A stretch of 64,000 nucleotides of DNA from Vicinamibacteria bacterium (GTDB taxonomy: Bacteria; Acidobacteriota; Vicinamibacteria; Marinacidobacterales; Marinacidobacteraceae): the NCBI GenBank assembly GCA_963668695.2, contig CAXXLQ010000004.1, forward strand, positions 2,272,001 through 2,336,000. Reading direction: 5' to 3'. The notes under the pieces were generated by a model that ran no database searches, had not been told where the DNA came from, and worked only from the letters and a program-made list of their open reading frames with translations. Made by a program: the position numbers and the translations under genes. Below, one piece after another: positions 41,067-51,592 of this stretch; the first letter of the stretch is position 1; every line of letters begins with the position of its first letter.

Positions 41067-42197
41067 ATGGCGGGCACTCCCCGGCCCACCGCGGTCATCC
41101 TCCTCGCAGGCAAGTCCGAGCGAACCTGGCCGCTGACCGCCGACTTCCCGAAGCCGCTCCTGCCGCTCTGGGGCCGGCCGCTCACCGAGCGCGTGCTTGA
41201 CCAGTTGGACGGGCTCGTGGACACCGCGGTCCTGGTGGTCGGCCATCAGAAGGAGCGGATCCTCGCCCATTTCGGTAGGAAGTACCGGGGTATCCGCCTG
41301 GTGCCCGTCGAGCAGGAGCGCGCCCGCGGCACCGCCGATGCGCTTCGGGTCGCTCGGGCCGTTGTCGGGGGTCCGGTCCTCGTCCTGAACGGGGACGACT
41401 TCTACCACCACGACGACCTGGCCCGGGTGACGCAGCACCCTCAGGCGATCCTGTGCAAGGAGGCCAGCGACCCCTGGAACCGGGCGACGGTCACCGTGAC
41501 CGACGACGACTGGCTGGTGGATGTCGAGGAAAAGCCTCCGGAGGCCAAGCCCTGGCAGTTGAGCAGCGTGGGCGCCTATTCACTGGCGCGCGAGGACCTG
41601 GATCACCTGGGGGAAGTGCGGGAGAGCGCGCGCGGTGAACTCGAACTGCCGGATCTCATCCGGATCCTGGCTCGTTCTCCCGGGGTGCGGGCCGTGCGCG
41701 CCCAGCGCCCCTGGATTCCGCTCACTTATCCGTGGGACGTCATCGGCCGCATCGTTCCGCTGTTCGGGGGCGACCCTCCGGGGGCCGGGGCCCGGGCGCT
41801 CGGGTTCGAGACGAGCACCGGACGAATGGGGGAGGGCGCCATCTTTCTCGGGGAGGGCGCATCGGTGCACCCGGACGCCCGCCTGCGGGGGCCGGTGGAA
41901 CTTGGTGCCGGGGCCCGGATTGGCGCGGGCGCGGCCGTGGAGCGTGCGGTACTGATGGAGGGGGCGCGCATTGGAGCTGGAGCGATCGTCCGGGACAGCG
42001 TGCTTGGGCGCGGCGCCTCGGTCGGAGCAGGGGCGCGTCTCCTCTCGGGCCCAGTCGAGCGAATCCAGGTGCTCCGGCACACGGCGCGGGTTGGGGTGCC
42101 CGTCGTGGGGGCCTGCCTGGGAGCGAATGCGAGTGTCGCGAGCGGTTCGGAGACGCCTCCCGGCATCCTGCTGGGCCCGGGTCAGTCTTTCGGGTAG
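41067..42197 (+). CDS. Sugar-phosphate nucleotidyltransferase with hexapeptide repeats
   Basis: [32 protein letters not shown], left-handed beta-helix repeats. Confidence 0.8.
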   Translation: MAGTPRPTAVILLAGKSERTWPLTADFPKPLLPLWGRPLTERVLDQLDGLVDTAVLVVGHQKERILAHFGRKYRGIRLVPVEQERARGTADALRVARAVVGGPVLVLNGDDFYHHDDLARVTQHPQAILCKEASDPWNRATVTVTDDDWLVDVEEKPPEAKPWQLSSVGAYSLAREDLDHLGEVRESARGELELPDLIRILARSPGVRAVRAQRPWIPLTYPWDVIGRIVPLFGGDPPGAGARALGFETSTGRMGEGAIFLGEGASVHPDARLRGPVELGAGARIGAGAAVERAVLMEGARIGAGAIVRDSVLGRGASVGAGARLLSGPVERIQVLRHTARVGVPVVGACLGANASVASGSETPPGILLGPGQSFG

Positions 42198-42929
42198 CAG
42201 CCGGTGGTGGACCCGGGTGAGCGCCGAGGCCGGCCAGTTCTCCCGGTGGGGGCGAGGCCCAGTTCTCCCGGTGGGGCCAGTCCTCCCGGTGGGGGCCCGG
42301 CTGACAAGGCGCGTGAGGGAGGAGCCCCCACCGGGAGAACTGGCCCGGGTGTATTTCGACCGAAACGCAACGATGAGCGGCGCGCCGCGACGCGGGTAAC
42401 AGCCTGTGGTGGAACCCGCGTGAGCGCCGAGGCTGGCGAGGCGCCCGGCTGACAAGGCGCGTGAGGAAGGAGCCCCCACCGGGAGAACTGGCCCGGGTGT
42501 ATTTCGACCGAAACGCAACGACGAGCGGCGCGAAGCGACGCGGGTAACAGCCTGTGGTGGAACGCCGCGTGAGCGCCGAGGCTGGCGAGGCAGTTCTCCC
42601 GGTGGGGGTCCGGCTGACAAGGCGCGTGAGGAAGGAGCCCCCACCGGGAGAACTGGCCCGGGTGTATTTCGACCGAAACGCAACGATGAGCGACGCGAAG
42701 CGACGCGGTTCAGCCGGGATGGATCGCCGGCCGAGCCCCCACCGGGAGAACTGGGCCGCGTGGGTTTCATCACCGGCTGTTTGGCCGGGATGGATCTGAT
42801 CGCCGGCCGAGCCCCCACCGGGAGAACTGGGCCGCGCGGGTTTCATTGCAGGCTGTTTGGCCGGGATGGATCGCCGGCCGAGCCCCCACCGGGAGAACTG
42901 GGCCGCGTGGGTTTCACCACAGGCTGTTA
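42195..42929 (-). mobile_element. Composite family A repeat between convergent genes
   Basis: Both terminal TA dinucleotides coincide with stop codons (TAG 42195-42197; TAA 42929-42927). Confidence 0.88.
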
Positions 42930-45197
42930 ACGCCGTTGCAGCAGCAAAAAGACCGAAGCAAGGCCGAAAAACAGGTTCGGAGACCAGGCTGCGAGGACCG
43001 GATCAAGTAGCTCCGCGTCCCCGATGGAACGGAAGAACTGGGTGGCGACCAGATAAACGATCGCGATGGCGAACGCGATTGTGGCGCTGGCCCACGCGCT
43101 CTGATTCGTCCTCCGGAATGCGAACGGCAGGCCGATGAGCACCGTGACCAGCGATGCGAAGGGCAGGGAGGTCTTGGTCTCGAGAGCCACATGGAGCGAA
43201 GGATCGTGATGGCCTGCGGCCTCGATCGTTTCGATGCGGCGCTGCAGATCGCCGTAGGGGAGCTGGTCCGTGGCCAGATCCTGCGCAAGAAGGGCGTCGG
43301 GTATCGAGACGTCCGGAATCTCGCGGATAGCGAAGGGCTCGGCAGCCCGACCGCGATGGAAGTTGCGCTCCCAGCCTCCGATACCCGTCCAGCTCCGCTC
43401 TGCCTCGGACCAATGGGCGGAAGCCGCATAGCTGCGGGCGGCAAGCGACGCTCCGTCGGGGTTCAACCGGAAGATGGACAGCCCGCTCAAGACCGCGTTG
43501 TCCGCGTCGAAATCGTCGTAGTGGTAGATCTGGCCCGCGGGGCCCATGCCCCAGTGGCGCTCCAGCGGATTCACGGTGCGCCGCGTCTCGCCCCGGATGC
43601 GAGCGCCGGTGTCTTCGGTTTCGGACGCCGTCAGAGGAATCAGCCGTTCCTGAAGTCCGAAGCCCGCGCCACTCGCAAGGATTCCCACGGCAAGAGCCGG
43701 GACGACGAGGCGCGTGCGACTGATTCCCCCGCTGAGAAACGCCGTCACCTCGTTTTGGCGGCTCAGAATCCCGAAGGTCACGAGTGTCGCCGTGAGGGTC
43801 GCGAGCGGCAGCATCTGCGCCGTGTAGGCGGGGATCGAGAGGCCGAGGTAGCGAAGCACGGTAAAGGCCGGGATGTCCCGCTCGAAGGCGCCACGGATCA
43901 CCCCGTTCAACAGGCCGATCAGTTGCCATGAGAGGAGCGCGGCAAGTGAGATAAAGAGAAAAATGCAGAATTGGGTGACGACGTACCGGTCGAGGATGGT
44001 GGGCAGCCCGGGCGGACGCCAGCGACGTACGGCTGAGCGGCGGCGGGGCACCCGAAGCCGCAGGCGACGGAGAACGCGGAGCATTGCGGCCAGCGGGTCC
44101 AGTTCCCGCGAGGCCACCGCCAGGAGGGCAATTCCGGCGGCGACCGTCAGGATGTTGGCCCCCCACATGGCGAGCCATGGCGACAGTTCCCCGGCGGCGG
44201 CGAGCTGTTCGCCGAACATGATCGGGACATACCAGGCGAAGACCACGAGGATTGCCATGGCGAAAGCTCCGGCGCGCGCCGGTCCCGGGGACGGTCGGAT
44301 CCCGAGTCCCAGGCCGAGCACCCCGAAGGCAAGGCAGGCGAAGGGAAAGGCGAATTTCTTGTGGATCTCGACCAGATAGATGGGGTGCTCGGTGCCTTCA
44401 TAGGCGGCCACCAGCTCCGGGAGGAACATGGCCCGGGCGCTGTGGCTGGGGCTCAGGGTTTCCGGGCCGAACACTTCCTCGGCGTCGAGGGGCAGGCGAA
44501 TCTCTTCGGCGCGTTGAATGCGGTACTGCCCCGGATCGTCGAGGTCCGCGTTGTGGACCTCCACACCGCTGAGTTCGAGGAAAGCAAGGCGCTCTTCGGG
44601 GACCGTTACCAGCCGTCCGCGGTCCGCCACAAAGATCGTCGGCTCGCCGACACGTGCGGTGTCGGCGAGGAAGACCCGCCTCCAGCCCTCCTCACCCGGT
44701 GGCGCCTCCCCCACCAGCAGGACCCGACCGTCGAGGAGCTCGTCATAGAAGATGCGGGGCTCGATTTCCGTGCGCAGCCGGGAGCTCAGGAGTTCGTCCC
44801 TCAGTTCCACGAACCGCTGGTTCGACGGCGGGACGATTTCCAGCATCAACAGCAGACACAAACCGAATGCGGCGCCTGCCGCAGTGGCGACCGGCAGGAG
44901 GAGACGCCACGGAGAGATTCCGCCGGCCCGCATGGCGATGAGTTCGTGGCCGCTCGAGAGCCGGTTGAGCGCCATCAGCACGCCGAGCAGAAGCGCGCTT
45001 GGAACCGCGACCGCCAGGAGCGCGGGGATCAGTTGGGCAAAGGCCAGGCCCACCGTGGCCGGGTTCGCTCCCTGGGTGACGATTAGCCGGATGTGGACGA
45101 TGAGTTCGTTCAGCAGCAGCGCGAACAGGAAAACCGCAGTCCCGAGAAATACGCCAGGGGCGATGAGCCGGAGAATGTAGCGATTGAGAAGGCCCAC
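42927..45197 (-). CDS. Fused LptF/LptG LPS export permease
   Basis: Two tandem YjgP/YjgQ modules: NRYI...ELIAMRAGGIS and LDRYV...NEVTAFLSGGIS. Confidence 0.9.
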   Translation of the reverse strand: MGLLNRYILRLIAPGVFLGTAVFLFALLLNELIVHIRLIVTQGANPATVGLAFAQLIPALLAVAVPSALLLGVLMALNRLSSGHELIAMRAGGISPWRLLLPVATAAGAAFGLCLLLMLEIVPPSNQRFVELRDELLSSRLRTEIEPRIFYDELLDGRVLLVGEAPPGEEGWRRVFLADTARVGEPTIFVADRGRLVTVPEERLAFLELSGVEVHNADLDDPGQYRIQRAEEIRLPLDAEEVFGPETLSPSHSARAMFLPELVAAYEGTEHPIYLVEIHKKFAFPFACLAFGVLGLGLGIRPSPGPARAGAFAMAILVVFAWYVPIMFGEQLAAAGELSPWLAMWGANILTVAAGIALLAVASRELDPLAAMLRVLRRLRLRVPRRRSAVRRWRPPGLPTILDRYVVTQFCIFLFISLAALLSWQLIGLLNGVIRGAFERDIPAFTVLRYLGLSIPAYTAQMLPLATLTATLVTFGILSRQNEVTAFLSGGISRTRLVVPALAVGILASGAGFGLQERLIPLTASETEDTGARIRGETRRTVNPLERHWGMGPAGQIYHYDDFDADNAVLSGLSIFRLNPDGASLAARSYAASAHWSEAERSWTGIGGWERNFHRGRAAEPFAIREIPDVSIPDALLAQDLATDQLPYGDLQRRIETIEAAGHHDPSLHVALETKTSLPFASLVTVLIGLPFAFRRTNQSAWASATIAFAIAIVYLVATQFFRSIGDAELLDPVLAAWSPNLFFGLASVFLLLQRR

Positions 45198-45215
45198 TGC
45201 GGAGTTCCCGGATTG

Positions 45216-46098
45216 TAGGAGCCGGCGGTTGAAGTGACGCGGCGTTCAAGCGGCGATCCATCCCGGCCAAACAGCCTGTGATGAAACCCACGCGGCCCAG
45301 TTCTCCCGGTGGGGGCTCGGCCGACGATCCATCCCGGCCAAACAGCATGTGATGAAACCCGCGCGGCCCAGTTCTCCCGGTGGGGGCTCGGCCGACGATC
45401 CATCCCGGCTGACCGCGTCGCTGCGCGCCGCTCATCGTTGCGTTTCGGTCGAAATACACGCGGGCCAGTTCTCCCGGTGGGGGCTCCTCCCTCACGCGCC
45501 TTGTCAGCCGGGCCCCCACCGGGAGGACTGGCCCCACCGGGAGAACTGGGCCTCGCCCCCACCGGGAGAACTGGCCAGCCTCGGCGCTCACGCGGGTTCC
45601 ATCACCGGCTGTTCACCGCGTCGCTGCGCGCCGCTCATCGTTGCGTTTCGGTCGAAATACACAGGGTATTCCTCCCTCACGCGCCTTGTCAGCCGGGCCC
45701 CCACCGGGAGGACTGGCCCCACCGGGAGAACTGGGCCTCGCCCCCACCGGGAGAACTGGCCGGCCTCGGCGCTCATGCGGGTTCCACCACCGGCTGTTCA
45801 CCGCGTCGCTGCGCGCCGCTCATCGTTGCGTTTCGGTCGAAATACACAGGGTATTCCTCCCTCGCGCGCCTTGTCAGCCGGGCGCCTCGCCGCTCTCGGC
45901 GCTCACGTCACTTCAACCACCGGCCCCTCGGAGCCTGTGGACAAAGTCCCGCGGCGTTCGGCGCGCGATCCATCCTGGCTGAACCGCGTCGCTGCGCGCC
46001 GCTCATCGTTGCGTTTCGGTCGAAATACACAGGGTATTCCTCCCTCGCGCGCCTTGTCAGCCGTGCGCCTCGAGGCTCCCACCGGGAGAAATCCCCAT
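45216..46098 (+). mobile_element. Large composite family A repeat
   Basis: Two left modules and four core modules. Confidence 0.83.
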
Positions 46099-46382
46099 GA
46101 TCGGGTCGCCCTGCACACCCCGCCCGTCAAGGAAGAGCCGGGCGGCTCGCTCGGCGGTGGGGGCTCCCTCGCCGGCGCGCCATTCGAGGTGGGGAGAGGT
46201 GTGGCACTCACGTTGCCATGGCGCAGCGTCATCGGCGCTGGTTTCGCGCTCCCGCGCCGTGCCGGTGTGGAGCCCCCACCGGGAGGACTGGCCGGCGTTC
46301 CCTGTCCGGCGCCGCTTGATTTCAGCCCCGGTCTGCCAGCGCGCCGGGAACGGATTGTCGATCTCTTTCCGATCTCCCATAC

Positions 46383-46430
46383 CCACCGTATCTTGGGGGT
46401 GACGGTATCCCCAGACACAATATGTTGTGG
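46383..46430. promoter_or_regulatory. Candidate tandem NrdR boxes upstream of smc
   Basis: CCACCGTATCTTGGGG (46383) and ACACAATATGTTGTGG (46415), 32 bp apart. Confidence 0.6.
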
Positions 46431-46504
46431 GTTCCGCCTGTGACCGCGTAAGATACGGGTGGCGCTGGGCAGCGCCGTAGCCACAATCTTCAGGTGAAAT
46501 TCGA

Positions 46505-49500
46505 GTGAGGATCGAGCGCCTCGAAATCGCCGGATTCAAGAGCTTCGCCGAGCCGGTAACGCTTGAGTTCGGGCAGGGAGCCACCGCTGTCGTGGGACCG
46601 AACGGCTGCGGCAAGAGCAACATCGCGGATGCGGTCTTCTGGGTGCTCGGTGAGTTGGGCGCCGGCACGATCCGGGCGCGCGGCAAGGAACTCATCTTCA
46701 GTGGGAGCGCCCTGCGCGAGCCACTCGGAGTCGCCGAAGTGCGGCTCCATGTCAGCGGTGTCCTGCTGCCCCACCCTCGAGCCCTGGCGAATGGTTCCAC
46801 CGGCAACGTATCCGGGAACTCCATGCCCGCGAACGGTGCGTCCCAGACCCGCGGTTCTCTCCACGGCATGCCGGGGAACGGCGCGGCCGCTCGAGACCCA
46901 TCCGATGCCGTTTTCTCCGCCGTTGGTCTGCAACGGGAAGTGGTCGTCAGCCGCCGGGTGGACGCCAGTGGACAGTCGGTCTACGAGATGGATGGCCGAC
47001 GTTGCACCCGGCGGGACATCCGACGGTTGTTCGCCGGCACCGGGCTCGGTCCCGGGTCGTACGCGCTCATCGAACAGGGACGCGCCAACGAAGTGCTCAG
47101 CCGGAAACCGGCTGACCTTCGGCTCTTGGTCGAGGAGGCTGTCGGGCTGGGTGCGTATCGTCTGAATCGCCGGGAAAGCGAGGCGAACCTGCGGGCGGCC
47201 GAGAAGGCGCTCGAGCGGGTGCGCGAACGGCTTGCCGAACTCGACCGCTACATCCGGGTCGCTCGTCGGGACTCCCGGACCGCCAGCCGGGTTCGGGAAG
47301 CCTCTGATCGGGTCCGGTTACTCGGCGTCGCCGAACAAGCTGCCCGGCGGGAAGGGCTCCTCGCGCGTCTCCGGCAGAACGAAGTCCCGGAAGAGACCCT
47401 GAGTGCCGAGCGCGCCCGGCGGTCCTTGAGCCTCGCGGCCTTCGAACGATTCGTGGAAACGATCCGTGACCAAGCCGCCCGGACGGAGTCCGAACTCCGC
47501 GAGGCGACGCGGGAAATCGGGAATTCGGGTGCGCGGCGGGCGAGCGCGATCGCAGTCCTCGACGAGGGTGCGCGGGCCGCGGCAATCCGCGCGTCGCGCG
47601 TATCACGCCTCGATACGGAAGCTGATACGCTCGGTGCTCGCCTCGACGATCTCGAGGACACGCGACGGGAGAGCGCCCGGAGGGCCGGGGAGTTTCCTTC
47701 CCGGCTCGCGGAACTGACCGGCGCTGCGAAGGAGCGGGCGGCGGCCAGGGACCGCGCACTGGCCGAAGAGCGCGAAGCCCAGTCCGCCGTGTGGGAGCTT
47801 CGACGGGAGGCGGATCGCCTGCGGGGGAGCCTCTCCGCGTCCCGAATGTCACGGGAGCAATATGCGGGGAGGCGAGAGCGACTCGCGGCGGCCGGACTCG
47901 GACTCTCCGGAAACCGGAGGGAACTCGAAGCTCGGATGGAACACGCAACCCGAGGGCTTTCCGAAGCAGCTTCAAGAGTCCGGGCGCAACAGGAAGAAAC
48001 CACCCGGATGCGCCGGCAACTCGAGATTGCCGAAGAGGCGTGGCGATCCGCGGCTTCCGACGCCGAGACCGCGCGGGAGCTGGAGGCGCGGGCCGAGAGG
48101 GACCTGGCGGCGCTCTCGGGCCGACTTCGCTCGCTGAAGGCGCTCGTTGTTTCGCGGGAACAGCTTGGAGAAGGTGTCTCGAAACTCATTGAGGCAGCTC
48201 ATCGCCGCGGAATTGCGCTTGGCGGTGCGGTGGGAGAGTTGGTTGAGGTGGATGCGGGTTACGAGCTGGCAGCGGAGCGGGTCCTCGGCGTCCACCGGAT
48301 CCGGCTCGATCGGGTCTCCGACGTGTCGGAACTGATTGAGGAACTTGGAGGCGACGAAGCCGGACCTTCGGAGGTAGTGGTGTCCGAGTTGCTCGAGGCT
48401 TGCGGGCCGCCCGAGCGGCCGGCATCCGCTGGCGACGACCGTTTGAGCGACCACTTGACGCCGGTGGATCCGGGGCTCGATTCCGTCATTCCGAACGCGG
48501 TGGTCACGGGGAGCCTCGAGGAGGCGCTGGCCGCCTTCGTGCGGAAGCCGGGGGTCTATGTGACTCGGGACGGCGCCAGCGTGGCGCTACCCGGAATCGT
48601 GCGCTTTGGGCGTGGCGGGCCCGGGGAAGGCTTCCTGAGCACTCGCCGCGAAGTGGCCGAACTCGAAGCGGGAGAGGAAGAAGGAACCCGCCGACTTGCC
48701 CGGCTCGCGCGGTCGCGTACCGCCGCCGTACAAACCGCGGACGAGGCTGGAAGGGCGGTCGAAGAACTTCGCGGGGCAGCGGGACGTGCGGAAAACCTCG
48801 TCGTGCGCCTCCGGCTCGAGTCGGCCCATCATCAGGAGACAGTCGAGAACGTCCGAAAGAGGATCGAAGAACTGAGCGCCGAGGTTTCGCGCCATTCCGA
48901 GGAACTGGAGCGCAACGAGAAAGACGACTCGCGAGCGGCGAAGAATCTGGCCCGTGACGAGATCCGGCTCGAGCAGGCGTCCCGCGAGCTGGTTGAGCGC
49001 GAGGCGGCACACGCGGCTCTCCGGCGCGAGCTCGAGCAGCGCGAGCAGCGGTGGCGCGACGCGGACCGTGAGCTAACCCGTCAGAACGCGGTGGCCGACG
49101 AGGTCGCGGGTCGGGCCCGGGCCCTCGAACGGCAGGTACAAGAGGACCGGCACCGGCTCGCGCGGATCCACTCGGAGTGCGCCGCTGCGCGCCGTGAGGA
49201 AGAAGAATGGCTGGCGCGACGGGAGTCGGCGCTTCGCGAACGAAGCTCCGCTGATTCGACGATTGCGGAACGGGAGACTCGGGAGCAGGTGCTGACCTCG
49301 ACCGCCGCGGGCCTGCGATCTCGACTGGAGCACGCCGTGGAGGCGGCGCGTCGGCGTGGCCTCGAACTCCGGGATGTAGAGGAACGGCTGCACCAGCTTC
49401 AGTCGGCAACCCAGGAGGCCCGAGGCCTCCTGAGGGAGTTGGAGAACGAGTTCCGGCGGGCGCATGGACGTGAGTTCGCTGAGCAAGCCGCGTCGCTCCC

Positions 49501-50404
49501 TGCTGCGCTCCGCGGTCGGTCGCGGGAAGCGATCGCCGAGGAAATACGGCAGGTGCAGGAACGGATCGAAAAACTGGGCCCGGTGAACGAAATCGCCGAG
49601 GCACGACTCCGCGAGTTGGAGGCGGAACGGAGTGAGCCCGAATCACACCTCCGGGATGTGGAACAGGGAATTGCCGACGGACTCAGCGCGATCCGACGCC
49701 AGGACCGCGAGGCGCGTCGAATCTTTCGCGAGGGCTTTGAAGCCGTGAGTTCCGGGTTTGATGCGGCCTTTCGGCAGCTCTTCGGTGGTGGTCGCGCCGC
49801 ACTGCGGTTGGTCGAGATAAAGGATTCGGCGAACGAGGAGAACCTGGGAGAGGATTCCTCGAAGGAAGCGAAGTCGGCAGTGTCCGGTGATTCCGGTGAT
49901 CAGATGGACGCGGCGGGGACCGGGGAGCTGGCGGCAGAGGTCGAAACCTGGAACGGCAACGGAGCCTCCCTCGCGCCGGAAATGCCGGTCGATGCCCATT
50001 TCGGAGTCGAGATTGCGGCGCAGCCGCCGGGGAAAAAGCTGCAAAGCGTCCGCCTCCTCTCCGGTGGAGAGAAGGCCATGACCGCCATCGCTTTCCTGAT
50101 CGCCCTGTTCCGCTACCGCCCGGCGCCCTTCTGCCTGCTCGACGAGGTGGACGCTCCCCTGGACGACGCGAACGTGCAGCGGTTCGCGTCCATGTTGGGT
50201 GAACTCAAGCGGGATACGCAACTCGTGGTCATCACCCATAACCGGTTGACCATGGAGGCTTGTGAGCATCTCTATGGAGTCACGATGGAGGAGCCGGGCG
50301 TTTCCAGACTGATCTCGGTTCAGATCGGCGACGACGTGGACAGCTGGATCGCCGGCGCCGCCGATGCGGACGCCGCCGGTGACGCCGCCACGATGCATAT
50401 CTGA
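46505..50404 (+). CDS. smc: Chromosome segregation protein SMC
   Basis: GFKSF, GPNGCGKSN, coiled coils and hinge, LSGGEK, LLDEVDAPLD, ITH. Confidence 0.93.
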   Translation: MRIERLEIAGFKSFAEPVTLEFGQGATAVVGPNGCGKSNIADAVFWVLGELGAGTIRARGKELIFSGSALREPLGVAEVRLHVSGVLLPHPRALANGSTGNVSGNSMPANGASQTRGSLHGMPGNGAAARDPSDAVFSAVGLQREVVVSRRVDASGQSVYEMDGRRCTRRDIRRLFAGTGLGPGSYALIEQGRANEVLSRKPADLRLLVEEAVGLGAYRLNRRESEANLRAAEKALERVRERLAELDRYIRVARRDSRTASRVREASDRVRLLGVAEQAARREGLLARLRQNEVPEETLSAERARRSLSLAAFERFVETIRDQAARTESELREATREIGNSGARRASAIAVLDEGARAAAIRASRVSRLDTEADTLGARLDDLEDTRRESARRAGEFPSRLAELTGAAKERAAARDRALAEEREAQSAVWELRREADRLRGSLSASRMSREQYAGRRERLAAAGLGLSGNRRELEARMEHATRGLSEAASRVRAQQEETTRMRRQLEIAEEAWRSAASDAETARELEARAERDLAALSGRLRSLKALVVSREQLGEGVSKLIEAAHRRGIALGGAVGELVEVDAGYELAAERVLGVHRIRLDRVSDVSELIEELGGDEAGPSEVVVSELLEACGPPERPASAGDDRLSDHLTPVDPGLDSVIPNAVVTGSLEEALAAFVRKPGVYVTRDGASVALPGIVRFGRGGPGEGFLSTRREVAELEAGEEEGTRRLARLARSRTAAVQTADEAGRAVEELRGAAGRAENLVVRLRLESAHHQETVENVRKRIEELSAEVSRHSEELERNEKDDSRAAKNLARDEIRLEQASRELVEREAAHAALRRELEQREQRWRDADRELTRQNAVADEVAGRARALERQVQEDRHRLARIHSECAAARREEEEWLARRESALRERSSADSTIAERETREQVLTSTAAGLRSRLEHAVEAARRRGLELRDVEERLHQLQSATQEARGLLRELENEFRRAHGREFAEQAASLPAALRGRSREAIAEEIRQVQERIEKLGPVNEIAEARLRELEAERSEPESHLRDVEQGIADGLSAIRRQDREARRIFREGFEAVSSGFDAAFRQLFGGGRAALRLVEIKDSANEENLGEDSSKEAKSAVSGDSGDQMDAAGTGELAAEVETWNGNGASLAPEMPVDAHFGVEIAAQPPGKKLQSVRLLSGGEKAMTAIAFLIALFRYRPAPFCLLDEVDAPLDDANVQRFASMLGELKRDTQLVVITHNRLTMEACEHLYGVTMEEPGVSRLISVQIGDDVDSWIAGAADADAAGDAATMHI

Positions 50405-50619
50405 TAACTCGTGACTGGCGTGGGGCAGGGCGGCCGATTGGTCGCGCTACGTCGCTCCGGGAGGCGGCCTGCCGCACCCCAGCTCGCGGCCGGGGCGAGG
50501 GGATTCCCGCTGGGTGGCGAGCGCGGGATTCGTTGGCCACGGGCCGAACGCCGGACCGCGCCGCCTCCGGCCTGCTCGCGTTGATTGCCGCGCCGGTGCC
50601 AGGTCTCCCCCGCCGGGCC

Positions 50620-51591
50620 ATGGTGTTTGCCGCCGGTCGGGGGGAGCGCATGGGGCCCCTCACCGCGCGCCGGGCCAAGCCGTCGCTGCCGCTCGGCGGA
50701 GTCCCGTTGCTGAGTCGGCTACTCCGGTGGCTCGCCGGCGCGGGGGTCGGGGAAGCGGTTGTCAATCTCCACCACCGGCCCGAGACTCTGGAGCCCATTC
50801 TGGAGGCCGCCGAGCGGACGTTGCCGGGGTTCCGGGTCCTCCGGTCGCCCGAACCGCAGTTGCTCGGCACTTCGGGTGGTCTGTCCTGTGCCGCGGCGCG
50901 CTTCGGACTAGGGCGCGCCGGCAAGGGGCCGCTGCTGGTGATGAACGGCGACACGCTCCCCACTTTCGATCTCGGGGAGATGGTCGCCTTCCACGGCGCG
51001 CGGAGCGAAGAAGCCACATTGCTCTCCGATCCGGAACCCGGACCGGAGTTCTCCGGCGAGCGCCGGCTGGAGACCGATCCGACCGGGACGATCACGGGGC
51101 TCAGCGGGCCGGGGGGACCCGGTCTCGGCTTCGCCGGGGTCTGGTTGCTCGAGCCGCCGGCCTTCGGCTACTTGAGCGGGGGCCCGGGAGGGCTTTCGCA
51201 AGACCTCCTGCCCGGACTCATCGCGGCGGGCTCGGCCCGAGCCTTTCCGAGTCGTGCCCCCTGGTTTGAGATAGGGACTCCGCGCCGCTATCTGGAAGCT
51301 TCGCTGCGCGCCCTCGAACACGAAACGCTTCCCGAGGTCCCGCACCGGTCGGAGAGCACCGGGAGAGTTCGCTTCGAAGCGGGAGCACACGGGAAGCCGG
51401 CCGAGCTGATCGGTGCCGGGAGTGTTCTTGAGGCGGAGGCACGCGTCGAAGGGTCGGTGCTTCTCGAAGATGTGCGCGTCGGAGCGCGGGCCGTCGTTCG
51501 AGGCTCGGTGGTGGCGGCCGGGGAAAGGGTTCCGCCGGGTGCGCGGATCGAAGATGCGCTCTTTGCGGGTGGCGTCGCTGTGCCCCTGTGA
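50620..51591 (+). CDS. Nucleotidyltransferase, MurU-like
   Basis: AMVFAAGRGERMGPLT..AKP, NLHH, LGTSGG, WFEIGTP; next to an AmgK-like kinase; start uncertain and may be upstream. Confidence 0.75.
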   Translation: MVFAAGRGERMGPLTARRAKPSLPLGGVPLLSRLLRWLAGAGVGEAVVNLHHRPETLEPILEAAERTLPGFRVLRSPEPQLLGTSGGLSCAAARFGLGRAGKGPLLVMNGDTLPTFDLGEMVAFHGARSEEATLLSDPEPGPEFSGERRLETDPTGTITGLSGPGGPGLGFAGVWLLEPPAFGYLSGGPGGLSQDLLPGLIAAGSARAFPSRAPWFEIGTPRRYLEASLRALEHETLPEVPHRSESTGRVRFEAGAHGKPAELIGAGSVLEAEARVEGSVLLEDVRVGARAVVRGSVVAAGERVPPGARIEDALFAGGVAVPL

Positions 51592-51592
51592 A

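Noticed and set aside
45309-46443. Long ORFs over repeats (MGARPAIHPG..., PPPGELAR...) at many loci
   Set aside because: Translations of GC-rich repeats open in several frames, with no domain motifs or RBS.
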